From positions 1 to 33,710 of the forward strand of contig JBMORE010000023.1 in assembly GCA_049322255.1 (NCBI GenBank): a stretch of DNA of 33,710 nt, in the 5' to 3' direction. The DNA comes from Myxococcota bacterium (GTDB lineage Bacteria > Myxococcota > Myxococcia > Myxococcales > Myxococcaceae). The notes beneath the pieces are model-generated. The model searched no databases, had not been told where the DNA came from, and saw only the letters and a program-made list of their open reading frames with translations. This document shows positions 1 through 8,287 of the stretch, in pieces; within the stretch, counting starts at the first letter, position 1; each line of letters opens with the position of its first letter. The position numbers and the translations under genes were made by a program.

Positions 1-137
1 CGCCAGTTGTCGTCGACCCGCCGCCCCCGCCCAAGACGGGCTGCTGCCAGGCAGGCCCTGGCCCCACCGAGCTTTTGGCGCTGGCCCTGGCCCTCCTGGC
101 GCTGAGGGCGCGCTTCGCACGAAGAAGGACAGTTTAA
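1..137 (+). CDS. 3' end of a MYXO-CTERM sorted surface protein (partial)
   Basis: Frame from position 3 reads PVVVDPPPPPKTGCCQAGPGPTELLALALALLALRARFARRRTV* (TAA 135-137): Pro-rich linker, GCC, hydrophobic helix and Arg cluster. Confidence 0.8.
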   Translation, partial: PVVVDPPPPPKTGCCQAGPGPTELLALALALLALRARFARRRTV

Positions 138-311
138 TACTCCTGGCTCCACACCAGCTCGGCCCCGCCGGCGCGCATCGTCGGCGGACGGTTGCCCGAT
201 CCAATCTTGCGCGAGGTGAGGGAGAAGCTCCGTGCCGTCACGGACTTCTGAGGAATTTTGGCCGGGAGCCGCTCCCGAGCAAACCGACGGCGGCGAAGAG
301 CCCGAGCCGGA

Positions 312-1166
312 TCAGCGGCCCTGAGCGATGCGGCGCACCACCACGCCGGCAGCGTGCATGCCGAACACCGAGGTGACGAACGCCACCGAGCCGTCGATTT
401 GGTTGCGGTGGTTGCAGGTGTGAAAGTCGTTCTCTGCCTGTGGGCACACACAGAGGAAGCCTTCGGTGCGGGCGTCGTAGGCCAGCTCCACCGGGTCGCG
501 CCGCTTCTCGGTCGAGTACACCGCGGTGATGCCCGTGGGGCGGTGGGTGTCGAGGCCGTACGTCTTCTTCAAGTGCTTGCGGATGTCCTTGGCAAACGGG
601 TCCATCGTCGTCTCGCTCAAATCTCCGACGCGAATGGCGGTGGGGTCGAGGCGGCCGGCCGCGCCCATCGAGCTCACCACCGGAACCCCCAAGGTGAGGC
701 AGCGGTGGAGCAGGTGCAGCTTGGCCTTCACGTTGTCGATGGCGTCGACCACGAAGTCGTAGCCGGGCGAGAGCAGCTCGTGGGCGCGCTCCTCGCGGTA
801 GAACTCGCGCAGCGGCTCCACCGAGACGTCGGGGTTCACCTGCTTGCAGCGGGTGGCCATCAACTCGGCCTTGGGGCGCCCCACGGTGGTGGCGGTGGCG
901 TGCAGCTGGCGGTTGGTGTTGGTGACGCAGACGTCGTCGAAGTCGACCAGGGTGAGGTGGCCCAGGCCGCTGCGCACCAGGCCCTCCACCGCGTAGCTGC
1001 CCACCCCGCCCAGACCGAACACCACTACCCGGGCGCGGGCGAGGCGCTCCATGCCAGCATCGCCGAGCAGACGGCCCGTGCGATCAAAGCGCCGCGACAA
1101 CTTGAATGGCTTGTCGGGCGTTGGGGCGGGGGAGGCGGTGTCGACGATGGCGCAACGCATGGTCAT
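312..1166 (-). CDS. tcdA: tRNA threonylcarbamoyladenosine dehydratase (ThiF/E1-like family)
   Basis: RFDRT..L.G, VVVFGLGGVGSYAVEGLVRSG, DFDDVCVTNTNRQ, VVDAID, SSMGAAGRLDP, DPFAK and VYSTE motifs. Confidence 0.9.
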   Translation of the reverse strand: MTMRCAIVDTASPAPTPDKPFKLSRRFDRTGRLLGDAGMERLARARVVVFGLGGVGSYAVEGLVRSGLGHLTLVDFDDVCVTNTNRQLHATATTVGRPKAELMATRCKQVNPDVSVEPLREFYREERAHELLSPGYDFVVDAIDNVKAKLHLLHRCLTLGVPVVSSMGAAGRLDPTAIRVGDLSETTMDPFAKDIRKHLKKTYGLDTHRPTGITAVYSTEKRRDPVELAYDARTEGFLCVCPQAENDFHTCNHRNQIDGSVAFVTSVFGMHAAGVVVRRIAQGR

Positions 1167-1456
1167 TCCTGAGTGGCTGTCGTATGAATCGCTCGCGCTG
1201 CCTCGACGAACGGGGAGACGTAGAGGTCAAGACGGGCTGAAATTCCCTCCGCCACCTCCAGAACCTGACGCCATTCTTCCCGTGAAAGACCGTCGATGAC
1301 CACGGCGATGTCGATGTCCGAATTCTCGGTGGCCTCTCCTCTGGCCCAGGAGCCGAAAAGCCGTACGAAACGCAGACGATCGCCGACAAGAGCGCGGGTC
1401 TGTTGCGCAAGCTCGGAGAGGTACTGGGCGATGGCTGGCGAGCTGGCTTGGTTCAC
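1163..1456 (-). CDS. Minimal nucleotidyltransferase (MNT, Pol beta superfamily), possibly C-terminally truncated
   Basis: RLFGSWARGEATENSDIDIAVV = GS-x-ARG...DxD; start placed at GTG 1456, just downstream of a promoter match. Confidence 0.75.
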   Translation of the reverse strand: MNQASSPAIAQYLSELAQQTRALVGDRLRFVRLFGSWARGEATENSDIDIAVVIDGLSREEWRQVLEVAEGISARLDLYVSPFVEAARAIHTTATQE

Positions 1457-1462
1457 GCCGCC

Positions 1463-1491
1463 ACGATAGTGACTTGCCGGTTTGCCGTCGA
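1463..1491 (-). promoter_or_regulatory. Putative sigma70-type promoter for a leaderless MNT transcript
   Basis: Minus strand TCGACG (1491-1486), 17 nt, TATCGT (1468-1463), then 6 nt to GTG; no SD sequence. Confidence 0.45.
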
Positions 1492-1512
1492 CGAGCACGG
1501 GCGTGGGGCGTC

Positions 1513-2292
1513 TCAAAAAGCGCCGAAGAAGCGCTGCGCGTTCTCGGTAGTGGCACGGGCGAGCGCCTCCACTGGCTGGGCGTATGCCTTGGCCATCGCC
1601 TCCACGACGAGCGGAAGGTAGCCAGGCTCCGAGCGGGCTCCACGGTGCGGGTGGGGAGCCTGGTCGGGAGCGTCGGTTTCGGCCATCAACCGGTCGAAGG
1701 GAACGGCCCGGAGCGCTTCGAGCGGCTTACGCGCTTCTTCGAAGGTCACCGGGCCGGCGAAAGAGAAGTGGCAGCCCTTTTTCACGTAGAAGCGCGCCAA
1801 CTCGGCGCCGCCGCTGTAGCTGTGCAAGAGCAGGCCGGCAGGGAGCGGCTGAAGCCCTTCGAGCAGCGCTTTGAGCTCTGGGTGGGCGCGCAGGCAATGC
1901 ACCAAGAGTGGAAGCTGGTGCTTGCGGGCGAGCTCGAGGTGGGCGCGAAAGACGCGAAGCTGGCGCTCCATCGGAGCGCGCGCGGCCGACGGCCCGTCGA
2001 GCCCACACTCGCCCACCGCGATGGCCACCTTGCGGCTCAAGAGCTCGTCGAGACGCGCCAGGTGACGCTCGTCATCGGCAGGCGGAAGCTCCGGCAACGC
2101 CTGCGGGTGAATGCCCAGGCCGACTTGGAGGCGCCGGTCGCGCGAGGGTAGAGAAAGCAGCTCTTCCCAGCCATCGGGGCCGATCGCCGGCACCACCAGG
2201 CCCCTCAGCCCGCGGGCCCACGCGCGGGCGAGCACCTCCTCGCGGTCGGCGTCGAAGCGTGGGGAGTCGAGGTGGCAGTGGGTGTCAATCAC
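1513..2292 (-). CDS. tatD: TatD family deoxyribonuclease
   Basis: MIDTHCHLD, GIHP, AVGECGLD, VHC, LHSYSG and ETDAP motifs. Confidence 0.93.
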   Translation of the reverse strand: MIDTHCHLDSPRFDADREEVLARAWARGLRGLVVPAIGPDGWEELLSLPSRDRRLQVGLGIHPQALPELPPADDERHLARLDELLSRKVAIAVGECGLDGPSAARAPMERQLRVFRAHLELARKHQLPLLVHCLRAHPELKALLEGLQPLPAGLLLHSYSGGAELARFYVKKGCHFSFAGPVTFEEARKPLEALRAVPFDRLMAETDAPDQAPHPHRGARSEPGYLPLVVEAMAKAYAQPVEALARATTENAQRFFGAF

Positions 2293-2483
2293 CGGACAGC
2301 GAGTCTACTTCGCGTCGCCCGGGCGAGCTGAGGCGAGGCGAGCACCTTCGACACCCGTGTCAGGTCGTCCCCCACCACGTCGTAAACGGCGGCGATCAGC
2401 TCTCCCACGGTGACTTTCACCGTCCGCGTGCGAGCAGGCTCACCGTCCATCCGTCGCGCCGCGTTGCCCATCGTCCTGGCCAT
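2289..2483 (-). CDS. Small hypothetical protein (64 aa), resembles a conserved myxobacterial small protein
   Basis: GGGGAGG SD precedes ATG 2483; contains VTVGELIAAVYDVVG..VSKVLASPQLAR; stop overlaps the tatD start (GTGA). Confidence 0.7.
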   Translation of the reverse strand: MARTMGNAARRMDGEPARTRTVKVTVGELIAAVYDVVGDDLTRVSKVLASPQLARATRSRLAVR

Positions 2484-2516
2484 CACGCACCTCCCCGTCG
2501 AATGTCGGGCCACTCG

Positions 2517-2532
2517 AGCATCGCTTGTGCCG
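2517..2532 (-). promoter_or_regulatory. Putative sigma54 (-24/-12) promoter
   Basis: Minus strand CGGCACAAGCGATGCT = GG-N10-GC with GGCAC and ATGC, about 35 nt upstream of ATG 2483. Confidence 0.6.
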
Positions 2533-2640
2533 AGGCGGAATCTCGCGCGGTTGGAACGGGACGCGGGCGAACCAGGCACCCGCCTACACCTCCTTCTTAC
2601 CGGCCTACATCTGTAGATTCTTCCGCGCGTCCGCCGTTTA

Positions 2641-5277
2641 ATGCCCGCCCCGGTGCCTTTCTTTCGCTTCGCCGCCGCCGTCGTGCTCATCGCCCCGTGG
2701 GCCGCGTCGGCATTCGAGGAGAGCGTCTCCCGCGAGGAGGTGGACGCAGGCGTTCACATGCCAGTGCTGACCAAGCCGCCGGAGCTGCTGAGCTTCGTGG
2801 AGGCTGCTTATCCGCCTGCGGCGCAACAGACGAGGCTGACCGCATCGGTGAAGCTCGTCATCACCATCGCCGCCGACGGGACGGTGAGCGAGGCAACCGT
2901 GCCTGAGCCGGTGGGCAACGGGTTCGACGAAGCGGCCATCGAGGCGGTGCGCCAATTCATCTTTTCGCCCGGCGAGGTCGACCACCAAGCGGCGCCGGTG
3001 CAACTGGAATACGTCTACCACTTCACTCTGCGCGAGCCGCCCAAGGAGGAAGCGCCGCCCCCTCCTCCTCCCAAGGCCACGCTCAAGGGCCAGCTCATCG
3101 CCCGCGGCAGCCGCACCCGCGTCGAGGCGGGCATGGTGCGCTGCGGAGACGACGCCCAAGCCCCCGAAGCGCTCTCCGATGCCCAGGGGATGTTCAGCCT
3201 CGAGGTGGCTCCCGGCGAGTGCCAGGTGACGGTCGCGGCCAACGGCTATCAGCTCTTCAAGACCACCGAAAAGCTCGAAGCGGGAGAGACGCGCGAGGTC
3301 GTCTACCACGTCATTCCCCAGGCGGTGGGCTACGAGACGGTGGTGCGTGCCAAGCGCGAAAAGAAGGAGGTGGTGCGCCGCACCCTAGAGCGGCAGGAGC
3401 TGCAGAAGGTGCCCGGTTCGTTCGGCGACCCCTTGCGGGTGCTGCAGAACTTTCCCGGGGTGGCGCGGGCGCCGTTCATCTCGGGCGCGCTCATCGTGCG
3501 CGGGGCCAGCCCCGACCAGACCGCCACCCTGCTCGACGGGGTGGAGATTCCCATTCTCTACCACCTGGGGGGCGGGCCCTCGGTGGTGAACGGCGAGTTC
3601 CTCGACCGCATCGATTTCTACCCCGGAGGTTTCGGCGCCCGCTACGGCCGAGCGGTGGGCGGGGTGGTCGACGTTGCCACCCGTCAGGGCGCCTCCGACA
3701 CTTTTCACGGCTCGGTGAAGGTCGACTTGCAGGACTCGGGGTTCTTCCTCGAGGCGCCGCTCGCCGACGGAGTCTCGGTGGCCGCGGCTGCCCGGCGCAG
3801 CTACGTCGACGCGCTCATTCCCCTGGTGCTCCCGCAAGACCCCGAGGGCGGATCGTTGCTCATCCTCCCCCAGTATTGGGACTACCAGGCGCGGTTGGAT
3901 CTCGGCGCCAAGCGGGGAGACGGCGCCTCCACCTTCTCGGTGATGGCGTTCGGTTCAGACGACCTGCTCAAGGTGGTGGCCACGGGGGGAGGGCGTAACC
4001 GCGACGTCACCATCGACGTGCACACCGTTTTCCATCGGGTGGTGGGCAACTGGACCTATCGCAAGGGCAACGCCACCTTCTCGCTCACCCCTTTCGTCGG
4101 CTACGACCTCGCCTCCATCCTCTTCGGTGAGGCGAGCATCAAGGCCGCAGAGTACGAGCTCGGGGTGCGCGAAGACTTGACGCTCGTGCTCGCCCCCTGG
4201 CTCACCGCCCGCTTCGGCGCCGACGTGCTGCTCGACCACCTCGCCGGCGAGGCCGAGCTTCCGGTGTTGAGCGGCGTGCAGTACGTGGGGTTCCCCGGCG
4301 CCGAGCCGAAGCTCGAAAGCCAGTCCGTTGCCCGCGAGCTCGAGAGCTTCGACGCCGCTGCCTACGCCGAGGTCGACCTCAAGTATGGCGACTTCACCCT
4401 CACCCCCGGCCTTCGCGCCAGCACCTCGTTTCTCAATGGCGAGAAACGTTCCAAGCTCGAGCCGCGCCTGTGGATGCGTCAGGCGCTCACTCCCCAGACG
4501 GCGCTCAAGGCGTCGGTAGGGCTGTACGCGCAGGCGCCGGAGGCCTCCGAGCTCGAGCCCCCGCCCTTCGGCAATGCGGACCTCACCCACGAGCAGGCCT
4601 TTCAAGCTTCCTTCGGAGTGGAGCAGCGGCTCACCGACGCGCTCAGCCTCGATCTCACCGGCTTTTACAACCGCCGGTTCGACAACATCGTTTCACCGGG
4701 CCGCACCGTGGCCAACGCCGACGGCAGCGTCACCACCACCCGGTTGTCCAACGATCTCTTGGGCCGCGCCTTTGGCCTGGAGGCGCTGCTGCGGCACGAC
4801 GTCACCAAGCATTTCTTCGGGTGGATCGCCTACACCCTCAATCGCTCGGAGGAGCGCCGGGTGGGGGCCTTTGACTACCGGCTCACCGAGAACGATCAGA
4901 CGCACATCCTCACCGCGGTGGGGAGCTACCGGCTTCCTTTCGGGTTCGAGGTGGGAGCGCGCTTCCGCTACGTCACCGGGCGACCGAAGACGCCGCTGGC
5001 CCATCAGGCCGATCTCTACAACGCCGATTCCAACTCTTTTGCCGCCACCGTGGGACCGGTGCGCTCGACGCGTTTTCGTGACTTCAACCAGCTCGACCTG
5101 CGCGTGGACAAGAGCTTTCTCTTCCAGAGTTGGACGCTCACCGCCTACGTCGACGTGCAGAACGTGTACAACGCGAAGAACGTCGAGGCGACCTTCTTCG
5201 ACTACCGCTTCCGGGAGGAAGTCGAGGTGCCGGGCATACCGATTCTCCCCATCGTGGGCGTGAAAGGGACCTTCTGA
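2641..5277 (+). CDS. TonB-dependent receptor with N-terminal TonB C-terminal domain and carboxypeptidase-regulatory-like domain
   Basis: Signal peptide; YPPAA..V.LVITIAADGTV..GFDEAAIEAVRQFIFSPG (TonB_C); PPPPPP linker; plug motifs DPLRVLQNFPGV, LIVRGA, IDFYPGGFGARYG; C-terminal Phe. Confidence 0.9.
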   Translation: MPAPVPFFRFAAAVVLIAPWAASAFEESVSREEVDAGVHMPVLTKPPELLSFVEAAYPPAAQQTRLTASVKLVITIAADGTVSEATVPEPVGNGFDEAAIEAVRQFIFSPGEVDHQAAPVQLEYVYHFTLREPPKEEAPPPPPPKATLKGQLIARGSRTRVEAGMVRCGDDAQAPEALSDAQGMFSLEVAPGECQVTVAANGYQLFKTTEKLEAGETREVVYHVIPQAVGYETVVRAKREKKEVVRRTLERQELQKVPGSFGDPLRVLQNFPGVARAPFISGALIVRGASPDQTATLLDGVEIPILYHLGGGPSVVNGEFLDRIDFYPGGFGARYGRAVGGVVDVATRQGASDTFHGSVKVDLQDSGFFLEAPLADGVSVAAAARRSYVDALIPLVLPQDPEGGSLLILPQYWDYQARLDLGAKRGDGASTFSVMAFGSDDLLKVVATGGGRNRDVTIDVHTVFHRVVGNWTYRKGNATFSLTPFVGYDLASILFGEASIKAAEYELGVREDLTLVLAPWLTARFGADVLLDHLAGEAELPVLSGVQYVGFPGAEPKLESQSVARELESFDAAAYAEVDLKYGDFTLTPGLRASTSFLNGEKRSKLEPRLWMRQALTPQTALKASVGLYAQAPEASELEPPPFGNADLTHEQAFQASFGVEQRLTDALSLDLTGFYNRRFDNIVSPGRTVANADGSVTTTRLSNDLLGRAFGLEALLRHDVTKHFFGWIAYTLNRSEERRVGAFDYRLTENDQTHILTAVGSYRLPFGFEVGARFRYVTGRPKTPLAHQADLYNADSNSFAATVGPVRSTRFRDFNQLDLRVDKSFLFQSWTLTAYVDVQNVYNAKNVEATFFDYRFREEVEVPGIPILPIVGVKGTF

Positions 5278-6194
5278 TGCGCGGCGTCTCCAAGGCACTC
5301 CTCGGGGTGACGCTGTGGGTCGCCGGTTGCGTCGGTCCGGAAGACAACCCGACCAGGGTGCACGACTTGCGGGTGCTCGGCGTCTCGGTGGAGCCGCCGG
5401 AGCTGATGGCGCCCTCGTGCGCCGACACCTCCTCCCAGGCCCGCGCGGTGTACGCCACGCCGGTGCGCTACACCGCGCTCCTCGCCGATCCAGCGGGAGC
5501 GGGGCGCGACCTCTTCTACGAGCTGTTCGCCTGCGCCTGGCCGGGCGACCGCAATTGTTCGTCCGAGGCCGACCGGGTCAAGTTGGTCGAAGGCATCGCG
5601 ACCGCCGGAGAGCTTTCGCTCGACATCGTGCCCGGTGCGCTTTTTCTTCCCGACGGGAAGACGCCGCTGTTGGCGCGGGTGCTGGAGCTCGACACCTACA
5701 AGGGCCTGGGCGGTATTCGCATGCCGCTGGTCTTGCGGGTGCGCGCGGGAGAGGAGGAGATTTTCGCCCAGAAGCTGATGGTTTTTTCCTGCCGCTTCTT
5801 TGCCGACATGAAGGCCAACGTGACGCCGCAGGTGCCGGGTCTCTCTCTCGACGGCATGGGGTGGACCGACGTCGTCGAGCTCTCGGGTGCCGGCCCCTTC
5901 GAGCTTTCGCCTGACGCCTTCGCCGACCGGCAAGAGGCGTACGTCGTGCCCAGCTACCAGCTCGAGCCGGTCCACCTCGTCGAGAGCTGGAAGTTGTCCT
6001 GGCACGCCACGCTGGGGAGCCTCTCGCCTGGCACCACCGGCGGCTCCGACTTCGGCGGTCAGGAGAGCCGTCATCGCGTGGAGTGGAGCCCGGGCAGCAA
6101 CGCCGGCGAGCAAGAGGTGACTTTCTGGACAGTGGTGCGCGACGGGCGCGGGGGCACTTCCTGGCTCGTGCGGCGGGCCCACTACCGGCCCTGA
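5277..6194 (+). CDS. Lipoprotein, likely partner of the TBDR
   Basis: ATG overlaps the TBDR stop (TGATG); lipobox VAGC; DLRVLGVSVEPPE and C-terminal VVRDGRGG. Confidence 0.8.
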   Translation: MRGVSKALLGVTLWVAGCVGPEDNPTRVHDLRVLGVSVEPPELMAPSCADTSSQARAVYATPVRYTALLADPAGAGRDLFYELFACAWPGDRNCSSEADRVKLVEGIATAGELSLDIVPGALFLPDGKTPLLARVLELDTYKGLGGIRMPLVLRVRAGEEEIFAQKLMVFSCRFFADMKANVTPQVPGLSLDGMGWTDVVELSGAGPFELSPDAFADRQEAYVVPSYQLEPVHLVESWKLSWHATLGSLSPGTTGGSDFGGQESRHRVEWSPGSNAGEQEVTFWTVVRDGRGGTSWLVRRAHYRP

Positions 6195-6214
6195 CACGCC
6201 AAGCAGAAACTTCC

Positions 6215-7177
6215 ATGCACAAGCTCAAGGTTCTCTTCCACGACAACTGCTTCGACGGTGCCGCCAGCGCGGCGGTCTTCACCCGCTTCTACCGGGAGCG
6301 CGTTCGTGCCGACGTCGAGGTGGAGTACCAGGGCCTGTCGCACCAGGCAGGCGGCGAGGGCATCGACCCCGCAGCGTTTTCTGGCGACGAAAACGCCGTC
6401 GTCGATTTTCGCTACAGCAGAAGCCCAGGGCTGACTTGGTGGTTCGACCACCATCAATCGGCTTTCCAGCAAGACGGTGACGAGGCACACTTTCGCGCCG
6501 ACCGCAGCGGGCGAAAATTTCACGATCCGACTCGCAAGAGCTGCACCAAGTACCTCGCCGACGTCTGCAAGGCGCATTTCGGGTTCGACCCTACGCCCTT
6601 GCGCGAGCTCATCGAGTGGGCAGACCTCATCGACGCAGCGCGCTTTTCCTCGCCCCAGGAGGCGGTGGAGCTCGCCGAACCAGCGCTGGAGCTCATGGCG
6701 GTGTTGGAGGCATCGAAGGAGCCACAGCTCACGCGCTGGATCATCGAGCAGATGCAGACAAAACCGCTGGAGGTCATCGCTGCCTCGGCGCGGGTGCAGG
6801 AGGCGTTGAAGCCGCTTCGCCGCCGTCAGCGTGAGGCGTTGGAGGCAGTGCGCGCGCGTGCCACCTTCGAGGGGGGAGTGGTGTTCTTCGACCTCACTGG
6901 CACCGGCTTCGAAGGAGTGAACAAGTTCTTTTCCTATTTTCTCTTCCCCGAGGCGAGCTACACGGTGTGGGTGGGACAGAGCGGGGAACGTCCGAAGATT
7001 TCCATCGGCGCCAACCCCTGGCGGCCACAGCTTCGCCGCCACGACCTGGCGCGCATCGCCGAACGCTACGGCGGCGGCGGGCACGCGGTGGTAGCCGGTA
7101 TTTCCTTCCGTGAGGGTGAGGTGGAGCGCGCCAGACAGGTGGCGAATAACATCGCCGCCGAGCTGCGCGATTCCTAA
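6215..7177 (+). CDS. DHH/DHHA1 family phosphoesterase
   Basis: HDNCFDG, VVDF, WWFDHH and YGGGGH..AG motifs; ATG at 6215. Confidence 0.88.
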   Translation: MHKLKVLFHDNCFDGAASAAVFTRFYRERVRADVEVEYQGLSHQAGGEGIDPAAFSGDENAVVDFRYSRSPGLTWWFDHHQSAFQQDGDEAHFRADRSGRKFHDPTRKSCTKYLADVCKAHFGFDPTPLRELIEWADLIDAARFSSPQEAVELAEPALELMAVLEASKEPQLTRWIIEQMQTKPLEVIAASARVQEALKPLRRRQREALEAVRARATFEGGVVFFDLTGTGFEGVNKFFSYFLFPEASYTVWVGQSGERPKISIGANPWRPQLRRHDLARIAERYGGGGHAVVAGISFREGEVERARQVANNIAAELRDS

Positions 7178-7203
7178 CGCTCGAAGGGGTACACCCTCCC
7201 ACA

Positions 7204-7297
7204 TGTCGTTCTCTTGCGCGCTTGGTTTGTCGAGTAGCGCGCAGGCCGATTTGTCGGCCTCCGCCCGTGTGCGTTTGTCAGACCCAATGGCCATGCT
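7204..7297 (+). promoter_or_regulatory. Promoter region of the radical SAM gene with phased TGTC boxes and a -10-like CATGCT
   Basis: TGTC at 7204, 7228, 7252 and 7276 (24-bp period); TGTCAG-N10-CATGCT, then 6 nt to GTG 7304. Confidence 0.5.
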
Positions 7298-7303
7298 CAC
7301 CCT

Positions 7304-8278
7304 GTGCAGACGCCCCCAGGAGTCGTCAAACCCAACCATGCAGACGCGTTCCGAAAGGGTGCGCGGTACGAAGCGCTCGAGGCTCGTACGCTCATGCGCC
7401 AGGAGCTGAGCAGGGACGGAGTGTGGAGATGGTCGCTTCACCCCTACGAGGGCTGCGAGATGGCGTGCACCTTCTGCACCTTACGTCTGGACCGGCGCGA
7501 CTTCGGCGCTTGGCGCGACTTCGAGCGTCGCATCGGGGTGCGCAACCACGCGGTAGAGGAGCTGCAGAAGCTTCTGACGACCGAGGCGCTCGCTGGCGCC
7601 GAGTGGGTCTTGGGAGCGGGGGCCGATCCGTGGCAGGCGGCGGAGGAGCGCTTCCGACTCACCCGCTCCATCCTCGCGGTGCTCGCGGGTCACGACGGCT
7701 TGTGTCTTCACGTCCGCACGCGCGCTTCGCTCATCGCCCGTGACACCGACTTGCTCCAGCGACTCGCCGAGCGCGGGAGGGTGACGGTGACTTTCTCCAT
7801 CGCCTCGCTGGACGAGCGCATCAACCGGCTGCTCGAGCCGCGGGCCCCTTCGGTGTTCCGGCGGTTGGCGGCGATGGAGGCGCTCGCGCGCGTGGGCCTC
7901 ACCGTGGGCTTGGAGGTTTCCCCGGTGATGCCCGGCCTGGACGAGGACGAGCTGGGTCTGGCCTCGTTGCTCACCCGGGCCGCCAACGCCGGCGCGCGCT
8001 TCGCCGGCTACGACTTCTTGCACTTCGCGCCCGGACAGCGGGAGAACTTTCTTGCGCACGTCACCACCGCCTATCCCGAGCGAGCAGTGCGCTTTCGGCG
8101 GGTCATCGGGCGCAAACCTCCCTCCGAGGAGGAGCGTGCCCAGCTGGGGAAGAGCTTTCGGCGCCTGTGCGCCGACCTGGGCCTCGTTCGTCGGGAGGAC
8201 CTAGGCACGGTGCACACGGGCCGCGCCGAGGCTTGGGCGCAGCTGGGCCTTTTCGACGCCGCGCTCGATCCGGCGTAG
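7304..8278 (+). CDS. Radical SAM protein, spore-photoproduct-lyase-like/Rv2578c-like (putative DNA repair)
   Basis: HPYEGCEMACTFC (CxxxCxxC), DPWQAAEERFRLTRSIL, LIARDTDLL, LEPRAPS..RRL, PVMPGL; C-terminal QLGLF. Confidence 0.85.
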   Translation: MQTPPGVVKPNHADAFRKGARYEALEARTLMRQELSRDGVWRWSLHPYEGCEMACTFCTLRLDRRDFGAWRDFERRIGVRNHAVEELQKLLTTEALAGAEWVLGAGADPWQAAEERFRLTRSILAVLAGHDGLCLHVRTRASLIARDTDLLQRLAERGRVTVTFSIASLDERINRLLEPRAPSVFRRLAAMEALARVGLTVGLEVSPVMPGLDEDELGLASLLTRAANAGARFAGYDFLHFAPGQRENFLAHVTTAYPERAVRFRRVIGRKPPSEEERAQLGKSFRRLCADLGLVRREDLGTVHTGRAEAWAQLGLFDAALDPA

Positions 8279-8287
8279 CATGCTGCC

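Noticed and set aside
7204..7281. Periodic repeats as a mini CRISPR array
   Set aside because: The repeated unit is only 4-7 nt with a 24-bp period and there are no cas genes
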